Shown here: positions 9,929-19,195 of the stretch, piece after piece
How the letters are laid out: every line of letters begins with the position of its first letter
How positions within the stretch are numbered: position 1 is the first letter of the stretch
Source of the DNA: Deltaproteobacteria bacterium
GTDB taxonomy: Bacteria; Desulfobacterota; Binatia; DP-6
DNA length: 64,000 nucleotides
Assembly: GCA_005888095.1 (NCBI GenBank)
Contig: VBKF01000140.1
Coordinates: forward strand, 4,602-68,601
Direction: 5' to 3'
Notes under the pieces: generated by a model
What the model was told of the DNA's origin: nothing
The model's input: only the letters and a program-made list of their open reading frames with translations
The model's database searches: none
Position numbers and translations under genes: made by a program

Positions 9929-10909
9929 GTGGAGACGCGCCGTCCGACGAACCCGGCCGCGGAGGAGATCCTCGGGCTCTACTTCCCGGTCCTCGACCAC
10001 GGCTTCGTTGCGCTCGTCGACTACATGGGCTCCGACGAGGACGTCGAGCGCGCGGCGCGTGTGTCGTACGGCTACGGGACCCGCCGCACCAGCGAGACGC
10101 GCGGGCTGATCCGCTACCTCCGGCGCCACCGGCACACGACACCCAGCGAGATGGTGGAGCTCAAGTTCCACTGCGCGATGCCGATCTTCGTCGCCAGGCA
10201 ATGGATCCGGCATCGTGTCGCAAGCGCGAATGAGTATAGCGGGAGATATAGCTTGCTACCTCTCCTGTTTTACAGGCCAGAGTCCGACGCCTTCCAGGCG
10301 CAGGCCGCGAGCAACCGGCAGGGCCGCGGCGGTGCGCCCCTGAGGGAGTTCCACGCGGACGCGGTCGCGCGCTGGGAGGCCGTTCGCCGGCTCGCGGCCG
10401 AGCAGTACGAGTGGCTGGTCGGCCACGACGTCGCGCGCGAGCTGGCGCGTATCGACCTGCCGCTCTCGACGTACACGCAGTGGTACTGGAAGATCGACCT
10501 CCACAACCTGTTCCACTTCCTGGCCGTGCGCGCCGACCCGCACGCGCAGCACGAGATCCGCGTCTTCGCCCGCGTGATCGCGGGCATGCTGAAGCGAGTC
10601 GCGCCGCTCAGCTTCGAGGCCTGGGTGGACTACGAGTTCCGCGGGACGCACCTCTCGCGCGGCGAGCTGGACGCGCTGCGCCGCGTGGTCAGTGTCGCGG
10701 ACGGGGGGCTCGAGGCGCGACCCGGGCGGGTGAGCCGCGAGGAGCTCGCCCGTCTGGGTCTCTCGAAGCGGGAGATCGAGGAGTTGCTGGCCAAGCTCGC
10801 CTCCTCCCCGGGCGACGAGGACTTCGACCTCGACCTCTCGGCCGCGCGTCCCGCCGAGCACTTCGCGCGCGAGATGGAGGCCGCGGTGCCGCGCGTCGAC
10901 CGGAGGTGA
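9929..10909 (+). CDS. thyX: FAD-dependent thymidylate synthase
   Basis: AARVSY, HTTPSEM, RQWIRHR-x-ASANEYSGRY, ARELAR, HAQHEIR. Confidence 0.96.
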   Translation: METRRPTNPAAEEILGLYFPVLDHGFVALVDYMGSDEDVERAARVSYGYGTRRTSETRGLIRYLRRHRHTTPSEMVELKFHCAMPIFVARQWIRHRVASANEYSGRYSLLPLLFYRPESDAFQAQAASNRQGRGGAPLREFHADAVARWEAVRRLAAEQYEWLVGHDVARELARIDLPLSTYTQWYWKIDLHNLFHFLAVRADPHAQHEIRVFARVIAGMLKRVAPLSFEAWVDYEFRGTHLSRGELDALRRVVSVADGGLEARPGRVSREELARLGLSKREIEELLAKLASSPGDEDFDLDLSAARPAEHFAREMEAAVPRVDRR

Positions 10910-11295
10910 CCACGGCCCGCCGCCTCGACGTCCCGCCCGACGTCGCCGCCGCCGTCCGCAGCGGCGTGCGGCTCTTCAACCGCGGCCGCTACCTCGAAGC
11001 CCAGCAGGTGTGGGAGGAGAGCTGGCGCGAGGCGCCATCCGCCGACCGGGCCTTCCTCGAGGCGCTCGTGCAGCTTGCGGCGGGCCTCCACCTGCGCACG
11101 CGCCGGGGCGCGACGCGTGGCGCGGTGCATCTCCTGGCACAGGCGGTGATCGCGCTCGAAGACTACCGGCCCGCCGCGCACGGCGTCGACGTCGAGGCGC
11201 TGATCGCCGACGTCGACGCCTGCATCGCCTGGCTGCGCACGCTCGACCGGCCGCACCGCTTCCTCGACCGCGCCCGGCTGCCCCGCATCCGCTGA
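10906..11295 (+). CDS. DUF309 domain protein
   Basis: GVRLFNRGRYLEAQQVWEESW...LVQLAAGLH pattern; GTGA overlap with thyX. Confidence 0.8.
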   Translation: MTTARRLDVPPDVAAAVRSGVRLFNRGRYLEAQQVWEESWREAPSADRAFLEALVQLAAGLHLRTRRGATRGAVHLLAQAVIALEDYRPAAHGVDVEALIADVDACIAWLRTLDRPHRFLDRARLPRIR

Positions 11296-12173
11296 TGGAG
11301 GTGACGCGCGAGCAGGTGCGCGACGGGCTGCGCGCCGCGCGCTACCTCACGACCCCGCGCGTCGAGACGGCGCTCTTCCTGGCGCTCGTGCTGGAGAAGC
11401 CGCTGCTCGCCGAAGGGCCGGCGGGCGCCGGGAAGACGGAGCTGGCCAAGGTGCTCGCCGAGATGCTCAGGACCGACCTCGTGCGGCTCCAGTGCTACGA
11501 GGGGCTCGACGAGGCGCGCGCGCTCTTCGAGTGGAACTATCAGAAGCAGCTGCTGCGCATCCAGACCGATCGTGCCGAGGGCCGCGGCTGGGACGAGGTC
11601 TCGCACCACATCTTCTCGCGCGAGTTCCTCCTCGATCGGCCGCTGTTACACGCCATCACGGCGCCGCGCCAGGTCGTCCTGCTGATCGACGAGGTGGACA
11701 AGGCCGATCCCGAGTTCGAGGCCTTCCTCCTCGAGGTGCTCTCCGACTTCCAGGTGAGCGTCCCCGAGCTGGGCACGCTCCGCGCCCGCGAGCGGCCGGT
11801 GGTCGTGCTCACCTCCAACCGCACCCGCGAGCTCTCCGAGGCCCTCGTCCGGCGCTGTCTCCACCTCTTCGTCGACTTCCCCGGCGTCGAGGTCGAGGCC
11901 GAGATCGTCGCCCTCAAGGTGCCCGAGCTCGACGAGCGGCTGCGCGTGCAGGTGGCGCGCTTCGTGGCGGGCCTCCGCAAGCTCGAGCTCCGCAAGGCGC
12001 CGAGCATCGCCGAGACGCTCGACTGGGCGCGCGGCCTCTGTGCGCTCGGCGTGCGCGAGCTCGACCCGGCGACCGTCCGCCAGACGCTTGCGCTCGTCGT
12101 CAAGCACGAGGAGGACCTCCGCAAGGCGGAGGGCAAGGTGAGCACGCTGCTCGCGGCGGCGACGCGGGGCTGA
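11295..12173 (+). CDS. MoxR-family AAA+ ATPase (CoxD-like)
   Basis: Walker A EGPAGAGKT, RLQCYEGLD, Walker B LLIDEVDK, TSNRTRELSEAL; TGATG coupling. Confidence 0.93.
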   Translation: MEVTREQVRDGLRAARYLTTPRVETALFLALVLEKPLLAEGPAGAGKTELAKVLAEMLRTDLVRLQCYEGLDEARALFEWNYQKQLLRIQTDRAEGRGWDEVSHHIFSREFLLDRPLLHAITAPRQVVLLIDEVDKADPEFEAFLLEVLSDFQVSVPELGTLRARERPVVVLTSNRTRELSEALVRRCLHLFVDFPGVEVEAEIVALKVPELDERLRVQVARFVAGLRKLELRKAPSIAETLDWARGLCALGVRELDPATVRQTLALVVKHEEDLRKAEGKVSTLLAAATRG

Positions 12174-12250
12174 CGCGCGACGTAGCGGTTTCGTCTCATC
12201 GATGGCGCAACGGGACGCCGGCGCCCTTCTGCAGACGAGGGCGGAGCGAC

Positions 12251-12266
12251 TGGCACCGCCCTTGCA
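12251..12266 (+). promoter_or_regulatory. sigma54 (-24/-12) promoter
   Basis: TGGCAC-CGCCC-TTGCA, exact GG-N10-GC consensus, intergenic and upstream of ORF 12282. Confidence 0.75.
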
Positions 12267-12281
12267 GCGGCATCCGCCCGG

Positions 12282-12599
12282 ATGGACGCGACGGAGCGCC
12301 GCCTGCATCAGCTCTTCCTCCTGAACCTCTGCCTGCAGATCTTCGACGGCGTAGCGACCTACCACGGGCTTCGCTTCTGGGGCGAAGGCAACCCGCTGGT
12401 CGCCGGCGTCATCCCGTACCTCGGCGTCGCCGGCACGCTCTGCCTCTTCAAGGCCAAGGCCTGCGGCTTCCTCGTGCTCCTCCGCCGCCTCGGCCCGCGC
12501 CCCCTCGTGCGCGAGTCGCTCGTGCTCCTGGCCACCGTCTACATGTTCTTCTCGTTCATCCCCTGGATGGCGCGGCTGCTGTCGCTCCTCTCCGCCTGA
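12282..12599 (+). CDS. Small membrane protein (DUF5658-like)
   Basis: Three hydrophobic segments; D..ATY.GL...EGNPL motif; high GC3. Confidence 0.7.
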   Translation: MDATERRLHQLFLLNLCLQIFDGVATYHGLRFWGEGNPLVAGVIPYLGVAGTLCLFKAKACGFLVLLRRLGPRPLVRESLVLLATVYMFFSFIPWMARLLSLLSA

Positions 12600-12617
12600 G
12601 CCGCTACCATCGCGGGG

Positions 12618-13787
12618 ATGCGGTCGCGCATCCTCGCCTTCGTCCAGGCGCTGCGCGCCGAGGGCATCGACGTCTCGCTCGCCGAGACGATGGACGCCGT
12701 ACGCGCAGTCGCGGCGGCGGGTGTCCAGCGCGAGGTGCTGCGCGAGTCCCTCGCCGCCTGTCTGGTGAAGGACGAGGAAGATCGCCCCGTCTTCGACCGG
12801 CTGTTTGACGCCTCGTTCCCGCTCGTCGGTGCCGAGCGCGAGGCGGGCCGACGGCGGAAGCGCGTCGCCGGCGGCGGGGGTGCACTCGCGACGGCGAGCG
12901 GGCGTGGGGCGGCCAGCGGCCGCGGCCGGCCGGCCGAGGAAGCCGCGGACCCGCGGCGGCGGGAGCCGTCGCCGGTGCGGACGCCGAGCGCGAGCCGTGA
13001 GACCGCTCGGGCCGAGCACGCACCCGCGCGGCGGGACACCTCGGACCAGGCCCGTCGCCCGGGCCGCCTGGCGCGACGGCTCGCGCTCATGCAGCTCCCG
13101 TTTCGCGACTTCACCGCGCGCGACGTGCAGGAGGCACGCGATCTCGTCCGCGAGCTCGGCCGCCGCCTGCGCGCGCGGCTCGCCCGCCGCCAGCGGCAGG
13201 CCCGGCGCGGCCGCCTCGACTTCCGGCGCACGATCCGCGCCTCGATGTCGAGCGGCGGCGTGCCCGCGCGCCCGCGCTTCCGCGCGCGCCGCCCGGCGCG
13301 CCCGGACCTGGTGGCGCTCTGTGACCTCTCGGGCTCGGTGGCGGCGGCGAGCGAGCTCATGCTCGGGCTCGTCGCCCCGGCGGCCGACTGGTTCCGGCGC
13401 GCCCACCTCTTCGCCTACGTCGACCGGCTCTGCCCGGTCTCGATCGAGGACGGGCACGTGGCGCCGGGCGGGCCGCTCGACCTCCACGCCCGCTCGGACT
13501 TCGGCCGCGTGCTCGACGAGCTGTGGCGCGAGCGGCGCGACCTGCTCACGCGCGCGACGCTGCTCCTCGTCCTCGGCGACGCGCGCAACAACCGCCGGCC
13601 GCCGCGGGCCGACCTCCTGCGCGCCGTCCGCGACCGCGTCGAGCGGCTGGTCTGGCTCGTCCCCGAGCCCCGCACCCGCTGGGACACGGGCGACAGCGTC
13701 CTCTCGCGCTACGCGCCGCTGTGCGACGCGCTGTTCGAGTGCATCGACCTGGCCGCCCTCGTCGCGGCCGTGCGGCGCACCCTGTGA
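12618..13787 (+). CDS. VWA domain protein (CoxE-like)
   Basis: LDFRRTIR, MIDAS-like DLSGS, LGDARNN, WDTGDS; partner of the MoxR ATPase. Confidence 0.88.
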   Translation: MRSRILAFVQALRAEGIDVSLAETMDAVRAVAAAGVQREVLRESLAACLVKDEEDRPVFDRLFDASFPLVGAEREAGRRRKRVAGGGGALATASGRGAASGRGRPAEEAADPRRREPSPVRTPSASRETARAEHAPARRDTSDQARRPGRLARRLALMQLPFRDFTARDVQEARDLVRELGRRLRARLARRQRQARRGRLDFRRTIRASMSSGGVPARPRFRARRPARPDLVALCDLSGSVAAASELMLGLVAPAADWFRRAHLFAYVDRLCPVSIEDGHVAPGGPLDLHARSDFGRVLDELWRERRDLLTRATLLLVLGDARNNRRPPRADLLRAVRDRVERLVWLVPEPRTRWDTGDSVLSRYAPLCDALFECIDLAALVAAVRRTL

Positions 13788-13807
13788 GCCGCTAGAATGC
13801 GCGTCGC

Positions 13808-14161
13808 ATGACGGTGACCATCGCGCGGCTCGGTGAGCTCCGCCCCGGGGAGACGAAGAAGTTCCTCTTCCAGTGCGACGGGATCGAGATGGAAGGCTTC
13901 CTGCTCAACTGCGCCGGGCAGCACCACGCCTACGTGAACCGCTGCCGGCACGTGCCGATGAGCCTCGACTGGGTCGAGAACCAGTTCTTCACCGAGGACA
14001 AGCGCTTCGTGCAGTGCGCCACGCACGGCGCCTACTACCTGCCCGATACCGGCGAGTGCGTTGCGGGCCCGCCCTGCGGGCGGCGGCTCCACCGCATCCC
14101 GCTCCGCATCGAGGGCGACCAGATCCTCGGCGACTGCCCGGGGTCGCTGCCGGACGACTGA
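13808..14161 (+). CDS. Rieske [2Fe-2S] ferredoxin
   Basis: CRH...CATHG Rieske ligand motifs, GECVAGP. Confidence 0.9.
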   Translation: MTVTIARLGELRPGETKKFLFQCDGIEMEGFLLNCAGQHHAYVNRCRHVPMSLDWVENQFFTEDKRFVQCATHGAYYLPDTGECVAGPPCGRRLHRIPLRIEGDQILGDCPGSLPDD

Positions 14162-14168
14162 AGCGCCC

Positions 14169-14426
14169 TTACTCCGGCTCGTCGCCGAAGTGGGCGCGCG
14201 TGATGCGTTCCTTCAGGTACTCGAGCGTTCCGAGGTCTTCGACGATGTCGCCGCCGGTGTCGTAGAAGAAGATCTCGCCGCTCTTGTTCCGGCCGACGGC
14301 CACGAGCCACTCGAGGTCGTCCCGATCCTCGAGGAGGTAGTTGATGGTCTGGCTCACCCCGCGGCCCGGGATGATCGTGACCTTGGGGCGGGCAGGCTTC
14401 TCGTGCTGTTTGGGCATCGACGCCAT
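14169..14426 (-). CDS. Small hypothetical protein
   Basis: GGAGG RBS before ATG at 14426; high GC3; protein-like composition. Confidence 0.7.
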   Translation of the reverse strand: MASMPKQHEKPARPKVTIIPGRGVSQTINYLLEDRDDLEWLVAVGRNKSGEIFFYDTGGDIVEDLGTLEYLKERITRAHFGDEPE

Positions 14427-14489
14427 GACCTCCAAGGGCGCAGCGACGCACCCCGTACGCGAAAGATTGAGGATAGGAGCGCACCACCT

Positions 14490-15752
14490 TCAAGTCAATA
14501 GCAACAGGGTCACGCTCTCGACGTGGAACGTCTGCGGAAAGAGATCAATCGGCTGCACGCGCGCGACGCGGTAGCCGTGCGCCGCGAGCCGCTGCACGTC
14601 GCGCGCGAACGTGGCGGGATCGCACGACACGTAGGCGATGCGGCGCGCGCGGAGCGCGGCGAGCGCCCCGATCGCGTCCGCGGCGCCGGCGCGCGGCGGA
14701 TCGAGGATCACAGCGTCGGCCGTGGCAGGCGCCATGCGGCCGAGCGCTTCGGCGACGGCCGCGGTCTCGAACGTGACGTCGCCGAGTCCGAGGCGCGCGG
14801 CGTTGTCGCGCCCCGCCGCGGCGGCGACGGGATTGCGGTCGATGCCGCGGACACGCGCGCCGCGGCGCGCGACGGGCAGCGCGAAATTGCCTGCGCCCGA
14901 ATAGAGGTCGAGGACGCGCTCGCCGGGCGCGAAGGCGCCGAGCGCGACGACCGCAGCGACCAGGAGCCGGTTGGCGGCCGGGTTCACCTGCGTGAACACG
15001 TCGGCCGGCACCTCGAGGTCGAGCCCCGGCTCGAGCGTGACGCGGAGGCGCGGGTCGCCGACGACGAGCCGGCCGCGGCCCGTCGCCTCGGCGAGGACCG
15101 CGCCGCGGACGGTCGGCGTGCGGGCGAGGAGCGCCTCGGTCGCGTCGGCGTCGCGCGCGCCGGGCGGAGCGTCCGTGATCGCCGTCAGCACGACGCCGCC
15201 CGGAGCGACGGCGAGCGACACGCGCCGGAGCGGGACGCGCAGCGCGCCGATCCAGCTTCGCGCGGCGCCGAGGTGGGCGGAGAGCACGGGGTCGGCGATC
15301 GGGCAGTCCTCGATCTCGAGCAGGTGGTGCGAGCGCGCGCGGTGGTAGCCTGCGCGCCGGCCCTCGACCACCAGCGTGAGGCGCGCGCGGTAGTGCCAGT
15401 CGCCGCCCGCGGTGAGCGTCGGGAGGACCTCGGCGTCGCGCACGCCTGCCGTGCGGGCGAGCTGCTCGGCGACGATCGCCGCCTTCGCGTCGCGCTGCGC
15501 GGGCGGCGCGACGTGCTGCCACTGGCAGCCGCCGCAGGTGGGGAAGTAGCGGCAGCCGGGGAAGACGCGTGCGGGCCCCGGCTCGAGGACTTCGACGACG
15601 CGCGCGCGGGCGAAGCCCGCGTGCTGCTCCACGGTCTCGGCGGTGATCCGGTCGCCGGGCGCGGCGTAGGGCACGAAGACCACCTGGCGGTCGCGGTGCG
15701 CGAGCGCGTCGAAGCCGTAGGTGAGCCGCTCGACCGCGAGGACGTCAGTCAA
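14490..15752 (-). CDS. rlmD: 23S rRNA m5U methyltransferase (RlmD/TrmA family, TRAM domain)
   Basis: C..F..CGGCQWQH, FTQVN, LDLYSGAG, LDPPRAG, YVSCDP, DLFPQTFHVE. Confidence 0.9.
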   Translation of the reverse strand: MTDVLAVERLTYGFDALAHRDRQVVFVPYAAPGDRITAETVEQHAGFARARVVEVLEPGPARVFPGCRYFPTCGGCQWQHVAPPAQRDAKAAIVAEQLARTAGVRDAEVLPTLTAGGDWHYRARLTLVVEGRRAGYHRARSHHLLEIEDCPIADPVLSAHLGAARSWIGALRVPLRRVSLAVAPGGVVLTAITDAPPGARDADATEALLARTPTVRGAVLAEATGRGRLVVGDPRLRVTLEPGLDLEVPADVFTQVNPAANRLLVAAVVALGAFAPGERVLDLYSGAGNFALPVARRGARVRGIDRNPVAAAAGRDNAARLGLGDVTFETAAVAEALGRMAPATADAVILDPPRAGAADAIGALAALRARRIAYVSCDPATFARDVQRLAAHGYRVARVQPIDLFPQTFHVESVTLLLLT

Positions 15753-16311
15753 AGCCGGGCTCGCCGAGCACGAGGAGCATCTCCTCGGCGGTGAAGAGCG
15801 ACGCCGCGAGCCGTCGCAGGAGGTCGCGCTCGACGACGCCGCGCGACGGCAGCTCGATGTGCCGGGGGATCACCTCGAAGACGCCGGGGAGGAGGAGCGC
15901 CTGGCTGCGGTCGATCGCCTCGATCGCGCTCGTGATCTTGAGGCTGGTGTCGGCCTCGCCCGCGGGCAGGAGGAAGAGCGTGTAGGCGACGGTGTACTCG
16001 GTGGCGCGCCCGAGGCCGGCGCCGCGCGCCGCGGAGAGGTCGGCGATGTCGCCGAGCTTCTTCAGCTCCTCGCGGCCGAATACGCGCCGGGCGCCGGTCT
16101 GGATCGCCCCGTGCGCCCGGTCGGCGCGCGCGACCCGCAGTCCCTCCTCCTCGAGCGCGCGCAGGATCTGCGGCCAGAGCCGGTCGACCGGGTCGTGGAT
16201 CATCCGGTAGTGCTCGCCGCGCACGTGCGCCTTCGGGTCGGGCGCGGGGCCGTGAAGCGGACCGCAGCCCACGGCGAGCGCGGCGAGCACGAGCGGCAGC
16301 GCCCGGTGCAT
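15745..16311 (-). CDS. Hypothetical lipoprotein
   Basis: Lipobox-like LAVGC; overlaps the rlmD start. Confidence 0.7.
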   Translation of the reverse strand: MHRALPLVLAALAVGCGPLHGPAPDPKAHVRGEHYRMIHDPVDRLWPQILRALEEEGLRVARADRAHGAIQTGARRVFGREELKKLGDIADLSAARGAGLGRATEYTVAYTLFLLPAGEADTSLKITSAIEAIDRSQALLLPGVFEVIPRHIELPSRGVVERDLLRRLAASLFTAEEMLLVLGEPGFD

Positions 16312-16317
16312 GGCGCG

Positions 16318-17142
16318 TCAGTCCTTGGCGAACATCATCTTCACCTGCGGGAACGTCGAGGGGCTGGCCGCCGCGACCGCCGTCGCCGCCGGCCGCTCGA
16401 GCTGAGCCGCCCGCCGCTCGGCGTCCCGCATGCGGTCCTCCGAGAGCGGGTGGCTCGAGATGAAGCGCTCGACGACGCTCGGCAGGCTGCGCTGCTGCTC
16501 GGAGAGCTTCCGGAAGACCGACGCCATCGCCGTCGGGTCGTAGCCGGCGGCGTTCATGAGCCGGAGGCCGAGCCGGTCCGCCTCCGCCTCCTTGCCGCGG
16601 CTGTAGCGCAGCAGCGTCAGCACGTAGCCGAGCTTGGCCCCCTCCCAGGCGATGGGCGGGATGGGTATGGGAATCACGGAGATCGCCGCGATGATCGCGA
16701 GCTGGCTCAGGTTCTGCGTGGTCAGCATCTCGGTCGCGTGGCGCGCGGCGACGTGGCTCATCTCGTGCGCCATGACCGAGGCGAGCTCGTCCTCCGTGTC
16801 GCACACCTCGACGATCCCCATGTTGATGTAGACCGGCCCACCCGGGAGCGCGAAGGCGTTCACCTCGGGCGAGTCGACCACGTGATAGCTGTAGGGGAAG
16901 AGCTTGAAGGCGGGCTCGGGGCTCGCGTCGAGCAGGCGCCGGCCGACCGTGTTGACGAGCTGGTTGAGCGCGCTGTGACGGAGCAGCACGAGCTCGCCCT
17001 CGACCTCCTTGGAGAGCTGCTCGCCGAGGCGGATGTCGCCGTCGACCGAGTAGAAGTTCGGGTGGAAGCGATGCACGCCCGCGCAGCCGAGGGCCGCGGC
17101 GAGCGCGAGCGCGCCGCCGGCACGCACCGCGGCGCGCATCAC
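16318..17142 (-). CDS. M48 family Zn metalloprotease (lipoprotein)
   Basis: VNAFALPGG, HEMSH, YSRGKEAEAD, SSHP; lipobox ALGC. Confidence 0.92.
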   Translation of the reverse strand: MMRAAVRAGGALALAAALGCAGVHRFHPNFYSVDGDIRLGEQLSKEVEGELVLLRHSALNQLVNTVGRRLLDASPEPAFKLFPYSYHVVDSPEVNAFALPGGPVYINMGIVEVCDTEDELASVMAHEMSHVAARHATEMLTTQNLSQLAIIAAISVIPIPIPPIAWEGAKLGYVLTLLRYSRGKEAEADRLGLRLMNAAGYDPTAMASVFRKLSEQQRSLPSVVERFISSHPLSEDRMRDAERRAAQLERPAATAVAAASPSTFPQVKMMFAKD

Positions 17143-18683
17143 GGGCCTCCCGTCCGGTTGAGCGCGCGCACGCTGCTCGGGTGCACCGCCAGGCGCGGGC
17201 CGGCGGCCAGCACGAGCGGGAGCCGGTCGCCCACCACCTCGCCCGAGACGCGGTCCCCGCTGCGCAGCACCACCTCGGCCTTGTTGCCGGCCTCGGTGAA
17301 GTCGATTCGCTCCACCTCGGCCGCCGAGACCTCCATCGTCCGCCCGCTGACGCGGACGCGGAGCGGCGCGAACGCCCCGGTCACGAGGAGGCTGTCGCCG
17401 TTGCGCATGAGGGCGCGAAAGGCCGCCGGCGGCGGGGCCGCGCCGCGGCCGGCACGGAGGCTCAGCTGCGCGATGGCGTCGACCGGCACGCTCTGCGTTC
17501 GGCCGCCGGCAGCGAGGTGGATCGCCTCGTTCTCGAGGAAGCCGCTCAGCGTGTCGCCGTTCGCGAGGACGATGCGGGCAAGTCCACGTTCGCCGGTGTC
17601 GAAGAGGACGGTGGCCACGGCCTCGCGCCCGAGCTCGACCGCGCCGTACGCGGTGCGCACGCGGAGGTGGGGGTCGGTGAGCGTGCCGCGCAGGGTGTCG
17701 CCGCTGCGCAGCTTGGCGGTGTCGACGTCGGCGCCGCCACGCACCTGCTGCGCCAGGCGGAGCCGTCCCGGCGCCGCGATGTCGGCCGGCAGCGCGAGCG
17801 TCCAGATCTCCCAGCCCTTCTCACCCCGGTGCTGGAAGGCGAGCGTGCGCCCGTCGGGCGACCAGGCGGGATGGAGCGCCGGGGCGGGCGCGGCCGTGAG
17901 CTCGATCGGGGCGGTGCCGTCGGCGTTCGCGACCCACGGCGTCGCGTCGCTCGTGCGGCCGTGCGCGGGCCAGCGGGTGAAGGCGAGCTTGGTGCCGTCG
18001 CGCGACCACGCGGGCCGCGCCTCGTGATCGGGCGAGACGACGAGCGGCGCCGTGCGCCCGTCGCGGACGTCGATGGTATAGATGTCGAAGTTGCCGTTCA
18101 CGTCGGTCACGTAGGCGATCGTGTCGCCCGACGGATGCCAGGCGGGGAAGATCTCGTTGGCCGGGGTGGTCGTCAGCCGCCGCCGCCCGCTGCCGTCGGC
18201 GTACATGAGCCAGAGGTCGAAGCTGCCGCCCTCCTTCGGAAAGGCGGCGTAGACGATCTGCCGCCCGTCGGGCGACCAGGCGGGCTGGTCCTCGGTGCCC
18301 GGATCGTCGGTCAGGGGGACCGCGTTCTGGCCGTCGAGGTCGGCGATCCAGATGTCGCGCGAGCCGTTCAGCTCGGAGACGAAGAGGAGCTTCTTGCCGT
18401 CGGGCGAGACGGCCGGGTGGTACTCGTCCTTGGTGCCCTTGGTGAGCTGCCGCTCGCCCGAGCCGTCGGTGGAGACGATCCAGATGTTGCGCGCCGCGAT
18501 GCCGCGCTGCTTCTCCTCCTTGCGCCGCGAGTGGAAGACGAGGTGCGTGCCGTCGGGGGTCCAGGACGGCATGGCGCTCGAGCCGGCGGTCACGACGGCG
18601 CGGGCGCTGCCGTCCTCGGCGAGGCTCGGCGAGGTGGCGGCGAGGCAGAGTAGCCCGAGCGCGAGCGCCGTCCGCCCCGTCAT
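17139..18683 (-). CDS. Secreted TolB-like (PD40/WD40) beta-propeller protein with repeated C-terminal domains
   Basis: Signal peptide; multiple PAWSPDG repeats; four [LM]x[NS]GD motifs in the C-terminus. Confidence 0.85.
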   Translation of the reverse strand: MTGRTALALGLLCLAATSPSLAEDGSARAVVTAGSSAMPSWTPDGTHLVFHSRRKEEKQRGIAARNIWIVSTDGSGERQLTKGTKDEYHPAVSPDGKKLLFVSELNGSRDIWIADLDGQNAVPLTDDPGTEDQPAWSPDGRQIVYAAFPKEGGSFDLWLMYADGSGRRRLTTTPANEIFPAWHPSGDTIAYVTDVNGNFDIYTIDVRDGRTAPLVVSPDHEARPAWSRDGTKLAFTRWPAHGRTSDATPWVANADGTAPIELTAAPAPALHPAWSPDGRTLAFQHRGEKGWEIWTLALPADIAAPGRLRLAQQVRGGADVDTAKLRSGDTLRGTLTDPHLRVRTAYGAVELGREAVATVLFDTGERGLARIVLANGDTLSGFLENEAIHLAAGGRTQSVPVDAIAQLSLRAGRGAAPPPAAFRALMRNGDSLLVTGAFAPLRVRVSGRTMEVSAAEVERIDFTEAGNKAEVVLRSGDRVSGEVVGDRLPLVLAAGPRLAVHPSSVRALNRTGGP

Positions 18684-18751
18684 GCCGGCACGCTTATCGG
18701 GTCGCGACGGATTTGCAATACACGTGCTCGGAGGCTAGGCGAAACAGGCCC

Positions 18752-19195
18752 ATGGCGGCGCGACTCCTTCCCGGGACGACCACGCGAGTGCGGCGCGGGC
18801 GGCGCCACGACTTCCCCCACGTGCAGGCCGTCCTCGGGCGAGCGGGCGGCGATCGCGCCGAGCGGCTCTACCACCGCATGATGCGCGACCTCGGGACGGA
18901 CCTCTACGTGGCCGAGGAAGAAGGCGGGACGATCGTGGCGGTGATCGCGCTCGCCTACGGACGGTCGCTCGGCGCCGGCGGACTCGTGGCCGTGCTCGAG
19001 GTGGCGCGGTGCTCGACGGAGCCCCGGCTCGGCGAGGGGCTCGTCGCCTTTGCCGAGGAGCGGGCGCGGCGGCGCGGCTGCCGCGAGCTCACCGCCCGCA
19101 TGGACGGCGCCGACGCGGAGCTCCGCGCGGTGCTGGTCGCGCGCGGCTTCCGGCCCGCCGACGTCCTCGTGACCGAGCTCGTCCCGGCGGTCTGA
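18752..19195 (+). CDS. GNAT-like N-acetyltransferase
   Basis: LGEGLVAFAEERARRRGC...RGF pattern; TGATG-coupled to the GDH gene. Confidence 0.7.
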   Translation: MAARLLPGTTTRVRRGRRHDFPHVQAVLGRAGGDRAERLYHRMMRDLGTDLYVAEEEGGTIVAVIALAYGRSLGAGGLVAVLEVARCSTEPRLGEGLVAFAEERARRRGCRELTARMDGADAELRAVLVARGFRPADVLVTELVPAV

